DNA of 63,828 nt, counting the filler, from Stramenopiles sp. TOSAG23-2 (Eukaryota), in NCBI GenBank assembly GCA_900128395.1. It is 13 parts of 13 records of this genome, joined end to end, with 100 filler letters (N's around TTAATTAATTAA, not from the genome) between each part and the next. Parts side by side here need not be neighbours in the genome. Positions count along the whole stretch, not along the records: positions 20,904 to 26,027 come from LT650730.1; positions 26,128 to 31,244 come from LT650731.1; positions 31,345 to 36,460 come from LT650732.1; 10 more parts are not named here. One strand, given 5' to 3'. Of the stretch, positions 21,289 to 31,892 are shown one piece after another (position 1 is the first letter of the stretch; the number at the start of each line of letters is the position of its first letter). Both the position numbers and the translations under genes were made by a program. Below the pieces are notes generated by a model. The model was not told the DNA's origin, did no database searches, and was given only the letters and a program-made list of their open reading frames with translations.

Positions 21289-21725
21289 GAATGACGAGGC
21301 TTCGCGTATTCTAATATCCACTCTAAGTATCATTTATGTGCCATTTGATAGGAATCAATTTCGATATTCGATGCGATTGATTGTCGGCAAAAATGTATAT
21401 AATGTAATACTATTGATATATATAGTTGTAAGAACACAGTGATATATACATTTCATTTATACATAATACCAGATATATATAGACATTTGACATATATTAT
21501 TTACAAAGAAAAAGAATCAATACGAAGATTATAACACAATTTGAAAAAAGTTTGGTGGAAAAAAACATCTTTTATTTTTATTTTTTTTTACGACATCATC
21601 AATCATCAACATTTTACGTAATTTTAAAACAATAAATAAAAATAAATTTGTTAAATTTTTGCCGTTCATTTTTAAAACAATAGTACTTATATTACCATTG
21701 TAGTAAGTCAAAAAAAAACAACAAC

Positions 21726-22977
21726 ATGATGATATTCAAACGTTCTATTATTAATAATAATTACAAAACAACGAAATTAATAATCAATGCTATACAAAAT
21801 CGTGGAATATCAATAACAAAGACAAGCTCAGCATCTTCTGCAGCAGCAGCAGCACCACCATTAACACAACCAGCGTCTCATTCACAACATTCTATAAAAC
21901 GTTCTTCACCTATTGAACCATTTCCAACAACACCAATACGTAAAGTACCAGAATCAATACCAAAACCACCATCGATACTTCAACAACCGAAAATACAACC
22001 AATGCAAATTAAAATTTCCCCATTATCCTTTGAAGATATTACAAACATCTCACGTGCTAGTGAAATTGTACGTGATATATTAAATGAATTACCAAATATT
22101 ATTCAACCAGGTATAACCACAGATGCTATTGATGAATTTGTACATAATTCATTAATCGAACAAAATGCATATCCAGGTAAGTGTTATATATAAATTCCTA
22201 CAAACATAACAATATCAACAAATACTAACATATACATCATATATTTACAAATATACATACATAGCATGTTTAGGTTATATGGGATTTCCAAAAAGTTGTT
22301 GTACAAGTGTGAATGAAGTTGTATGTCATGGTATCCCAGATTTAAGACCATTGGAAGATGGTGATATAGTTAATGTAGATATAGTAAATTATTTTAATGG
22401 ACAACATGGTGATGCATCGAAAACATATTGTGTTGGTGAAAATATAGATGAAGCATCATGTAAATTAATTGAAATAACCGAACAATCATTAAATGATAGT
22501 ATACAAAGTATTGGTCCAGGAATGAATTTAAGAAATGTGGTATGTTATATATATATTCACAATATTTTACATACATATATGTAGATGATATATACACCGA
22601 GAATTTTTTTTTTTTCCAAATCTTATATCATCAAAATTACTAACAATTAATATATACAATAATACCACAAACAGGGTGATTGTATTGATGAAATTGCAAC
22701 ACCATATAATTATGGTATTGTACGTGAATTTACTGGGCATGGTATTGGTCCACAAATTCATATGTTACCACATGTATTTCATTTTAAAAACGATCATGAT
22801 TTCATATTAGAACCAGGTACATGTTTAACCATTGAACCAATGTTAACAGAATGTAATAATGCCGGTGTAGAATATTGGGATGATGGATGGACGATTGTGA
22901 CAAAAAGTAAAAAACGTAGTGCACAATTTGAACATATTGTTTTAATCACGGAAAGTGGTGTGGAGATATTGACGTGA
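21726..22977 (+). CDS. Methionine aminopeptidase type 1, organellar (MAP1D-like); exons 21726-22176, 22265-22539, 22675-22977
   Basis: The spliced product reads [57 protein letters not shown]. Both introns are GT-AG with TACTAAC. The basic N-terminus resembles a mitochondrial presequence. Confidence 0.93.
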
Positions 22978-23355
22978 TGGTATATATAAAGGTAATATTT
23001 AGTTGGTGGTAAAGGAGGGGGACAATCTGTTACGACACAAAGGATTAAATGTGTTGGAGATACTATATCATGTATCATATCATATGATATGGGTATGAGT
23101 GATGAGATGGAGATATAAAAAGGTATGCATAAATACGATCGGTACACGGTGTTCGTACAATTTTTAGAATATTTAAAAAATATAACACACAAAAAGAATA
23201 CTTATGTTTTAAATTCTCTCACTTTCATATCTCGTAATCATTTATATGTGGTACAATGTCTCTCAATAAGTGCCATAAAAATAAAACATTTTTGCTCTTC
23301 ATCCCCCTCGATAATACAACTTATTCTGGGCCGGGGAGAAATAACAATAATCAAA

Positions 23356-23916
23356 TTATACTTTACTCATAGTGTACAAATCAATAGATTGAATTAAATC
23401 ATCACGTCCATCTGCATTCATATGATCTTCCATATCATCTTGACATATTTTTTCATCTTCAACGATCATGGAAATACGTAATTTTTTAATACCAAATGCA
23501 ACTGGCAAAAATTTATGTTCTTGTCCCCAACATACAATACCATCACGTGTAGTTGCTTTTAATTTTTTTGCTAATTCTTCCAAGTCAGTTTCTGTATCAA
23601 ATGGTTTCACATCAAATACAAACATAGTTTTCTCTGGTCCTTTTTTCTTTGCTTTTTCTGCTTTCATTTTCATACGTGCTTGCAATTCTTTATCTGCAGC
23701 GATTTTTCTTGCAATGGTATCAGCAATGTCTTCACCCTCATCATCGTCACCAAATAAATCATCCAAATCATCATCACTATCTTCTTTTGGTGCAGCTTTT
23801 TCTTTCACCACTACTTTTTTTGGCAATGTAAATTTTGGTTCTGATTTTAAACATATGACACTAAATACACCAGTATTACGTGTTTCAAAATTGGATGGTA
23901 ATGTAGCAACAGACAT
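23356..23916 (-). CDS. EEF1B: Translation elongation factor 1-beta/delta (EF1B GEF domain)
   Basis: Acidic DDDLDDLFGDDD, then FDVKPFDTETDLEEL, WGQEHKFLPVAFGIKKL, IVEDEK and IQSIDL. Confidence 0.9.
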   Translation of the reverse strand: MSVATLPSNFETRNTGVFSVICLKSEPKFTLPKKVVVKEKAAPKEDSDDDLDDLFGDDDEGEDIADTIARKIAADKELQARMKMKAEKAKKKGPEKTMFVFDVKPFDTETDLEELAKKLKATTRDGIVCWGQEHKFLPVAFGIKKLRISMIVEDEKICQDDMEDHMNADGRDDLIQSIDLYTMSKV

Positions 23917-25226
23917 GTTTATTGTTTTATTATTTTGTTGTATTAATATTTATAGATGGTAATATTGTTTTCTCTCTGAATATTGATGATCTTTAATGAT
24001 TATCCGTGTGTATGTGATACTCATTCACACACAATAGTGTGTATGTATATATGGATAAAACACCATGTCCAAAATCTGGTTGTATTAAGGACTATAGACA
24101 TCTCTAATAATACTATTACCCTTGTATGTGAAAATAAGAAGTACATAGTATTGGTAAAATAGCATCAACACACGGTATGTATTATATTATATATATATTA
24201 TCCTTAAATGAACGGGATTAGGCGCATTGGTTTTTACTAATTTCTACATGATTTTCTTTAAAAGAATGAATTGACAAATAATGTTGTAATTAAAAATGGA
24301 ATTTTGATTCATAGAAAAAATATCCAAAACATTATTTTTTATCTGAGCTTATTTAATGTTAATGCATTTTATACATTCATATTATCGGATATTGACATAT
24401 AGAATAGAAGTAATAGTATTTTAAATCTACTAATTTCATTCAAGAAAATACGTGGACGAGATTCATCGTCAAAAAGTGAAGGATTTCATGAGGGATCGAC
24501 GTGGTGGATTTATTATGATGAAATAAATATATTTATGAGGATGATATTAATATAAACTATAATATATAATATTATCACATTAATGAAGGTATTATATGGA
24601 TATTTGTTACATCGTATTTTATACCTAATAACTATGGGAATATTGTTGTTAATTTGATGTTTAAAATGGTCATTTTGGGCATTTACACCGCAAAAACACA
24701 ATAACAACATAACAACACACGTCGGTTTCCACATGGCAGAAATGAAGTTATACCACTCCTATTTTAATCATAAACAGTGTTACAAAATAGGGTATTTCAT
24801 GTAAAATTATTTCGATAGCATAAGCATAAGCTTAACAAACACTCCCTGATCCAATTTTAACCCTACTATATAAATCTATTGCTACAATTCAATCCCGTAT
24901 TAATTTTATGAATAAATTAATTAATAATATATATTGTATGTAAATGTATATGTGTGTTTGGGTATGTAAATTGTAAATATTAAGAGGATATCTCGCTTTG
25001 TACAATTCTTACGCTTATTATTTAGTCTTTGAAACACTATTTGTGTTAAAAAAAATAGTGAATATTGTTTACTCAATATTTTTTTTTTTACAATTACTAT
25101 AGTGAAATTAATTAATTATAATTGTTAATATCGAAATACAAAATGAGAAATAATAATAATATAATAACGATAATTAGTTCGANNNNTGAAATTAATTAAT
25201 TATAATTGTTAATATCGAAATACAAA

Positions 25227-26027
25227 ATGAGAAATAATAATAATATAATAACGATAATTAGTTCGACGATAATATGTAGTATATTATTATTATTGATGTT
25301 GTCAATAAATGATAATAACATTATGGTACAGGCAAGTAAAGTGCAACATGGATATACGGATCATACCATCAATATACAACATTGTATCTCATGAGGATAT
25401 GGGAAAAATTATCAAATACTTCGTCAATATTTAGAAACTAATTATCCAGAATTAATAGGTGGTATCTCTGGTGAAATGTATCCACCACCACAACATGCAT
25501 TAGTATTTGCACAGGTATGTATATATATCTCCTTTTTCTTTTTACACAATACAAACTAACAGACTATTATTTATGAATAAATTAAATTATTAGGCTATGC
25601 AATTGTTACAAATGTTAGCAATACCATTTATGTTTTTTGGTGATAATATATTACAAATGTGTGGTATTAACCAACCACCATTATGGTATAAATTACTAAC
25701 AGACTATTATTTATGAATAAATTAAATTATTAGGCTATGCAATTGTTACAAATGTTAGCAATACCATTTATGTTTTTTGGTGATAATATATTACAAATGT
25801 GTGGTATTAACCAACCACCATTATGGTATAAATCCTTTCAAGAAAATAAAATGACTGTATTTATGTTTATATGGATTGGTAATAGTTTTGCACAAAATAT
25901 GTGTTCAACTGGTGCATTTGAAATTCAACATAATAATGAATTAATATTTAGTAAATTACATGAAAATAGAATGCCATCCATACAAGAAATTGTCCATATA
26001 TTAGGTGACAGAGGTTTATCAAAACGT
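25227..26027 (+). CDS. SELENOT: Selenoprotein T (CxxU, TGA 25392-25394 read as Sec); intron from 25515; truncated at contig end
   Basis: Signal peptide, then INIQHCIS-U-GYGKNYQILRQYLETNYPEL..GEMYPPP, hydrophobic core, STGAFEI and IFSKLHENRMPSIQEI. This is the classic SelT pattern, split into separate ORFs by the TGA and the intron. Confidence 0.93.
25555..25832. repeat. 140-bp tandem duplication of the SelT intron 3' end plus exon 2 start
   Basis: actaacagactattat...tggtataaat at 25555 and 25695. Confidence 0.88.
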
Positions 26028-26127
26028 NNNNNNNNNNNNNNNNNNNNNNNNNNNNNNNNNNNNNNNNNNNNTTAATTAATTAANNNNNNNNNNNNNNNNN
26101 NNNNNNNNNNNNNNNNNNNNNNNNNNN
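26028..26127. other. Artificial contig linker
   Basis: 44 N + TTAATTAATTAA + 44 N. Confidence 0.99.
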
Positions 26128-26872
26128 CTCACACAGTATGGGTTTTTTTTCAATTCGGACCGATACATCTAAAAAAAGACTTGTAATACAACAGCAAAAT
26201 AGTATTATAACCAACTATCCGAATCGGTAAAAAGAATCCGTGTACTCCGCCTTCGATAAGATTATTCTGCCGCCCAAGTAACATATTACCTAGAGTCAAG
26301 ACGACACCTGCGGCCTATGTGCGCGTGCAATGCTAACGCCTGCTAGGGTTTCTAATTTTGTGAAGGATTTTTTAGCAGGGGCGTATCATTAGACGAGCAA
26401 AGTGTCTAAGCACGTTTTTGGTTTTTGTTTTCTGGATGGTGTGGCAATGCTATGGTTTGATGTCTGAAACGTACAGGGGCATACCATTAAACGAGGAAAG
26501 TGGCTGGAATGAAAAAAGGATATTTAAAAAAGTGGGAGGGCACCCTGTTGGTTTACAGTGTTTTAACTAATAACAATACAATATATATATATATAGTTAC
26601 ACAAGAAACAACCTGACCATCAAAAAACAGAAACGTCAAAACAGACAAAGAATAGCAAAGGAAGAATTAAAACAATCAACGACGATTAAAATAAAATCTA
26701 CTGCGGTGTTGAACATTCAAGTGCGCGGTGTTTTAGAAAAGCAAGAGGATATTTCCAACCTTGTTAGAAAATAGTTTTGATCGAGACGAGTGGACACGCG
26801 AAGCGACTTGACCGAAGCAGAAACGTTGTTACTGTTAAGAAAGAAACAAATTGCCGACGACACTTTCCAATC

Positions 26873-28492
26873 ATGAAGACGGCGTATTTTGTATTATTAG
26901 CATATTCTGTACTTTTTGTAGCTCTGAGCGGGAAGCCGTATAAAAAACAAGTTAGGACTTCTCAACGTGGAAAACACAACACCAAGGACCTTATTGAAGA
27001 GACACTGGACCGTCAAAAGCAATTAAATCCACATAATATTTTAACTAGAAACGTTCGTTTATGGCCAAATAAAATTATTCGACGGCGTTATGCTCATAAG
27101 ATGTCGCAAAAACATAAGGAATTTGATAGGAGGCATCGCGATTTCTGCCGCAAAGAAGCTATGATGTCGGTACTTCTTATGGCTACTGTAGAAATGGACC
27201 AAGAAGTTGAACATATTGAAGACACTACTTGCCTAGATATAAATCGAAACGAGTTCTTGAAATCGTTCTGTACCTTTACACATGATTTAGATACTTTATT
27301 TCAGATTCAAGATATGGATATAGAAGCTAAAGCCTTTTGGCCAAATATATGTTGTAAAGAACGACGTGATTCTACTTTAAATGCTTGTTCTGGGCCTGTG
27401 TCTGTGCCTCGGGAGGATATAGTGCCGTTTGCGCTATCGCAAGGTGGAAACTACAGTAGGTCCAATTTATATGGTGAATTGTACGAAACGTTAAGAGGAA
27501 AAGGTTATCTTCATGCTGGGATGATGGAGTTGATTATGACTATAGGAAAGTTCGCGCCTCTTAAACAAGTACGCGCAGTCGGAGCTGCGATGACCGAGTT
27601 TTTTGGACATATCTCTCTGTGTGGTCCCCATGTAATTAATTCACCTACCAAGCACGACAATAGAAAACTATGCCAGCTATTTATCCCATATCAAACTATG
27701 TTTACCGATGCCTATAACAGGATTGAAAAGATTTTTGTCCGCGATTTGTTGAAACCTCAGGATGCCTCGTTTCTTCAAACCATGGGAGCAGAATTTTTAA
27801 AACGGAAAGACTCGAGAATTTCGATGTCCAAAATGTCAGCAGTTCTCAATGGGAAACCAAAGGCCAATCCGGCACCACCATGTTCTGGGTCGAAATGGAC
27901 TAGCAATAAATTAAAACAATTAAAGACTACATTTAGGTGTGACTTTATGCAACATATAGACTTGTCAAATTTAAAGATTGTCAACGTTATGCGATTTGCG
28001 CGACTCTCTCAGGAATTGAGTATGACTGACAAAGAGATGATTAGCCTAAAGCATAAAATTCGCTATGAAGCTGTCGGGGGTACTTGTCGCGATATGTTAT
28101 TTTACCCAGAAGATATTTCAATCGACCAAGTGTCCCTGTCTACGTATGGGGCAAAAAAAGAATGGGTTGCCTTTGCTACATTGAATACAAAATCCCCTGA
28201 TGCTTATTTTCTAGCGGAAATGCCGTACTGTCGAAGTAGGAACTATCTCATAGGTGACAAACTAAAGCTTAAAATGTTCGTTGACAATAGCGATTGTTGT
28301 CAAGGTAATGTTGATATCCAACAATGTTTTGTAAATAACCCAGATTGCAAAATGAGCGTGAAGCTATTGAAAGACAAACGCCACAAACATTATTCCAAAG
28401 AGGTGGTGGTGACGGGAACGCAATACAGTGTGCGTGATTCACAAATAAGTAGGAGGAGGCGGTTGTTGCAAGGACATCGGAGTGGATGCTAA
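26873..28492 (+). CDS. Secreted Cys-rich protein of unknown function ending RRRRLLQGHRSGC
   Basis: Signal-like MKTAYFVLLAYSVLFVALSG at ATG 26873; long intronless ORF. Confidence 0.8.
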   Translation: MKTAYFVLLAYSVLFVALSGKPYKKQVRTSQRGKHNTKDLIEETLDRQKQLNPHNILTRNVRLWPNKIIRRRYAHKMSQKHKEFDRRHRDFCRKEAMMSVLLMATVEMDQEVEHIEDTTCLDINRNEFLKSFCTFTHDLDTLFQIQDMDIEAKAFWPNICCKERRDSTLNACSGPVSVPREDIVPFALSQGGNYSRSNLYGELYETLRGKGYLHAGMMELIMTIGKFAPLKQVRAVGAAMTEFFGHISLCGPHVINSPTKHDNRKLCQLFIPYQTMFTDAYNRIEKIFVRDLLKPQDASFLQTMGAEFLKRKDSRISMSKMSAVLNGKPKANPAPPCSGSKWTSNKLKQLKTTFRCDFMQHIDLSNLKIVNVMRFARLSQELSMTDKEMISLKHKIRYEAVGGTCRDMLFYPEDISIDQVSLSTYGAKKEWVAFATLNTKSPDAYFLAEMPYCRSRNYLIGDKLKLKMFVDNSDCCQGNVDIQQCFVNNPDCKMSVKLLKDKRHKHYSKEVVVTGTQYSVRDSQISRRRRLLQGHRSGC

Positions 28493-28705
28493 AATCCTCA
28501 CATGATAATTCTTTATTATTCATGGGGGCTGGTTGATAACATTCCTCCATGATAATTCTTTTTTTATTATTTTAAATATTTTTTTTATATATATATTAAT
28601 TTTTATTTTTTAAAAAAAAAAATAAAATTATGCATATTACTCTTGTAGAAAATATTTTAAAAAACTAAAAGCAAAATATTCTATTCTCTATTCCGTTATT
28701 TTCTA

Positions 28706-30664
28706 TTATGTGCAAGTAACATCTTTAATCAGTCCATCGCCACCGTCGTATTCGCACTGCTCAGAATTACATGTTGTGGCACATCGACCATTGGCAGATT
28801 CTGTTCTACTCCAACAATATTTAGAACACAGCGGTGTGCAATCTAGTTCAATATCTCTATTACAAGCACTGTTTCCTGAAAAATATGACTCTATTTTGTT
28901 GTCATTAATTAGGTTTTTCATTTGCGTGTCTACGTTTGAGATATTATTGTCACGAACATCTAAATACTTTAGGGAATGAAAACGTGACAAATACACCGGA
29001 AGAGAGTTCAAATGGCACCGCGCCATTCCTAAATACATTAAACTATCTTTCAAAGATTCGTCCGGAAAACTTGACAATCGATTGCCGTTCAAGTACAGGT
29101 CTACAAGTACAGGAAAACTTGTCTTATCAAATCTTACTGCCTGAATACTCTGACTATTATTTCCAAGATGAATATACTGCAAGGAGGGCATATTTATTTT
29201 AATGTTACCGTCCGGCATTTTCAATCCAACATTGTCACGAATATCCACACCAGCTACATTTGTATGGGTCCACAACGCCTTCTCGTTATATCGAGAAATC
29301 TCATTATAGTGCAAATGTAACTTGTTCAGCTTCTCCCATTTCAACACATCCACCATAAACTCCTCCAACCGGTTAAACGATATCTCAAAATACACCATCT
29401 CCGTCAACTGCTCCATTCTCGGCGGCAGTGTGGTCAAATTGCAATTGCGTATAAATATTTTTCTCAACGCCGTCATCTCGTCCACCAACGAATTGGGCAA
29501 TGCCACCAGTTTGTAATCATTCTTTATTTTTAAGGAAGCACAATTACACGTGGGTGTAAACAGAGAGTTACAAAATGGTATCTTATTGACGCACCCTTTT
29601 TTCCACGTTGTTTCATCGCAACCAGTTGGTTGCATTGCTACATGTGCTATCGCCACCACCAGAAAAAAGAGTCCAAACAATGCTTTACAAGCAGCCGCAA
29701 CCCATCTCACTGGTCGTGGCACTTTATCTTCCTGCTCTTTTGCCATTTCTAGATGTGCTACTTGTTGAAACAGAGACTCTCTGCGCCGTTTTTGCTTAAA
29801 TGACCGCCTAGATTGTTCTCTCAACACCTGCTGTGCAGCACGAGAATGGATAACTTCTTCTAAAATATCATCTAGTTTGCCCAACATAAAAAAGGTCGGC
29901 ATCAGCGTGATAGACAGCATCTCTGGTATGGATATTGGCACGTTGTATACAAACCACATCACACACAATGGAATCGCAACGCATAAAAAATCAACCGCAG
30001 CGTCTATTTTTACCTGTCTATCTCTACGTGCTGGTGTATTTTTGTGGGTCATCGTCCACGCGGTATGGATACAATCCACCGCAAGTAAAAAACACATAGA
30101 GGCAGTAACAGGCAACGGAAGCGAACATAAATACACGGTGACCAAGTTGATACATTGTTGCGCCGACTCAAACAGTTCAGAAACATACAACTTCCACAAA
30201 AACCATTGCCCATTCACCTGTAATTTTTCATATACATTTTTAGCATTGCCGGCAGCTTGTTTCGCACGTTCTATGGCAGACCTGGACCGTGTACGCCCAC
30301 CTTGCTCCTTATCTTTCTCGGCCTGTTGCTCTTTCGTAAAGACTGTCGCCATCTTTTTCCAGGTCCACAAACACTTCACCACCAATAATACATACAACAC
30401 CGCAAACACAATAAATAACCATACAAACGGCCGATGCCATGCTTGAAATGACTTGGTATACAAAAAGGTGATATATACAAACAGCCCAGCAACCCCCAAC
30501 GAGAAAAGCATCACCAACACGCCGTCCCAACCTACGTGGGTGCAGAAGGTGATCTTGACGTCTACGATCAGCCGCTCTGGCTGTATTTTTTCTGGTGGTA
30601 TTTTTTTATCCACCTCTCTCAATTCAACCTCTTTCGGGCTGGTAGGATTGTCTAGGGCATCCAT
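28706..30664 (-). CDS. Multi-pass membrane protein with C-terminal LRRs and an LNR (Notch repeat)-like module
   Basis: About 6-7 hydrophobic helices, then LRRs (LRKIFIRNCNLTTLP, LVDLYLNGNRLSSFP, LKYLDVRDNNIS), then CSKYCWS..ANGRCATTCNSEQCEYDGGD. Confidence 0.85.
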   Translation of the reverse strand: MDALDNPTSPKEVELREVDKKIPPEKIQPERLIVDVKITFCTHVGWDGVLVMLFSLGVAGLFVYITFLYTKSFQAWHRPFVWLFIVFAVLYVLLVVKCLWTWKKMATVFTKEQQAEKDKEQGGRTRSRSAIERAKQAAGNAKNVYEKLQVNGQWFLWKLYVSELFESAQQCINLVTVYLCSLPLPVTASMCFLLAVDCIHTAWTMTHKNTPARRDRQVKIDAAVDFLCVAIPLCVMWFVYNVPISIPEMLSITLMPTFFMLGKLDDILEEVIHSRAAQQVLREQSRRSFKQKRRRESLFQQVAHLEMAKEQEDKVPRPVRWVAAACKALFGLFFLVVAIAHVAMQPTGCDETTWKKGCVNKIPFCNSLFTPTCNCASLKIKNDYKLVALPNSLVDEMTALRKIFIRNCNLTTLPPRMEQLTEMVYFEISFNRLEEFMVDVLKWEKLNKLHLHYNEISRYNEKALWTHTNVAGVDIRDNVGLKMPDGNIKINMPSLQYIHLGNNSQSIQAVRFDKTSFPVLVDLYLNGNRLSSFPDESLKDSLMYLGMARCHLNSLPVYLSRFHSLKYLDVRDNNISNVDTQMKNLINDNKIESYFSGNSACNRDIELDCTPLCSKYCWSRTESANGRCATTCNSEQCEYDGGDGLIKDVTCT

Positions 30665-31163
30665 GGGAGATGGTAATACGTTGTGATTTTCTACAAAGAT
30701 TTGATTTTGTTGCGCGTGTTAGAAAGTTTTCACGGCAAGTCTTGTGTCTACAAGTGGAAAGTGTTTTTAAACTATTAAATATTATTCATTTTATTTCAAA
30801 TATAATAATTAATTTTTATTTTAAAAAATATTATTTTAATACACAATCTTGATAGGCAATCAATATAGTACGAATTACACGTAGTGTAGACATGTACGTT
30901 TGCCCTCGGCTCAAACTCTCTACTTAATTCTCCTCCCTATATGAGAGTACACACAAAATTTTGGCTCGTTTTACTATGGGGCTACCATTACCAGGAGAGA
31001 ATCCGAATTTTTTTTTGGAGAATTTTTTTCGGCGGCATCTTGATAGGGGAAAGGACTACACCAATCAAGTACGGAATTTGATAGATCCGGCACGGAGAAA
31101 AATCAAAGCATGGGCTCAGCAGGCACTACGTTGATTTTTCTGGTCTACCGTCGGAAATTCTCC

Positions 31164-31220
31164 AACCCTAACCCTATTCGGACAGTGGTACGGCCATGGT
31201 GCCGCGCAATAACCCTAACC
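31164..31220. repeat. Short telomere-like (CCCTAA) tracts near the contig end
   Basis: aaccctaacccta at 31164-31176 and taaccctaacc at 31210-31220. Confidence 0.4.
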
Positions 31221-31244
31221 GTCCGAGAGGCGAGTGTTTTTTAA

Positions 31245-31344
31245 NNNNNNNNNNNNNNNNNNNNNNNNNNNNNNNNNNNNNNNNNNNNTTAATTAATTAA
31301 NNNNNNNNNNNNNNNNNNNNNNNNNNNNNNNNNNNNNNNNNNNN
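31245..31344. other. Artificial contig linker
   Basis: 44 N + TTAATTAATTAA + 44 N. Confidence 0.99.
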
Positions 31345-31892
31345 GTAGCCAATAGTTATTTTGATGAATAAACTAAGAATATCCGATTTTTTGTAATAAT
31401 ATCCAATATCTCTCTATCAAATATGCATAAATTAGTATACTAGGCCAGGATCGTGCGCACGTGCGATCCGATCTTTAGCGAAAAAGCTAAACTTGCCATA
31501 AAAAAAAACGATTTAGTTGTTTACCTATTTAGCGTATAAATAGCACTAATGTTATTTATACACAATCCTTGCCACCAAGAAATATAGTAATTTATGATAA
31601 ACTATTCAGTCATTTAAGGACATTATGAAACAAATAGTATTGACGCTTCTGTGTCAATACTATCATGATCTATGCTGCGGTTATGCTATTGTTAAATAGT
31701 ATCGACGTAGGATTAGTATTATAGTTATAGGAGGCGGAGTCCTTCGGCATATTATTTACAATTATTTATATTAGATGATTTATTCAAATATAAGATTATA
31801 TATATATCTAATAGATATACATATAGATGTATAGAAACATATAATATACCAATAAAAGAAACCCGTCTCCTCTCCCACCCCTTTACAAGAAT

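Noticed and set aside
24513-24734. 73-aa ORF with a signal-peptide-like start
   Set aside because: It degenerates into AT-rich Ile/Asn/Tyr sequence, with no recognisable domain or clear splice continuation
14692-25394. Genome-wide TGA reassignment (alternative genetic code)
   Set aside because: TGA ends MetAP and TPC at plausible C-termini and Trp is encoded by TGG; in-frame TGA occurs only at redox-motif positions
14458-26027. Two selenoprotein genes as a selenium gene cluster
   Set aside because: They lie on different contigs separated by linkers; their proximity reflects size sorting only
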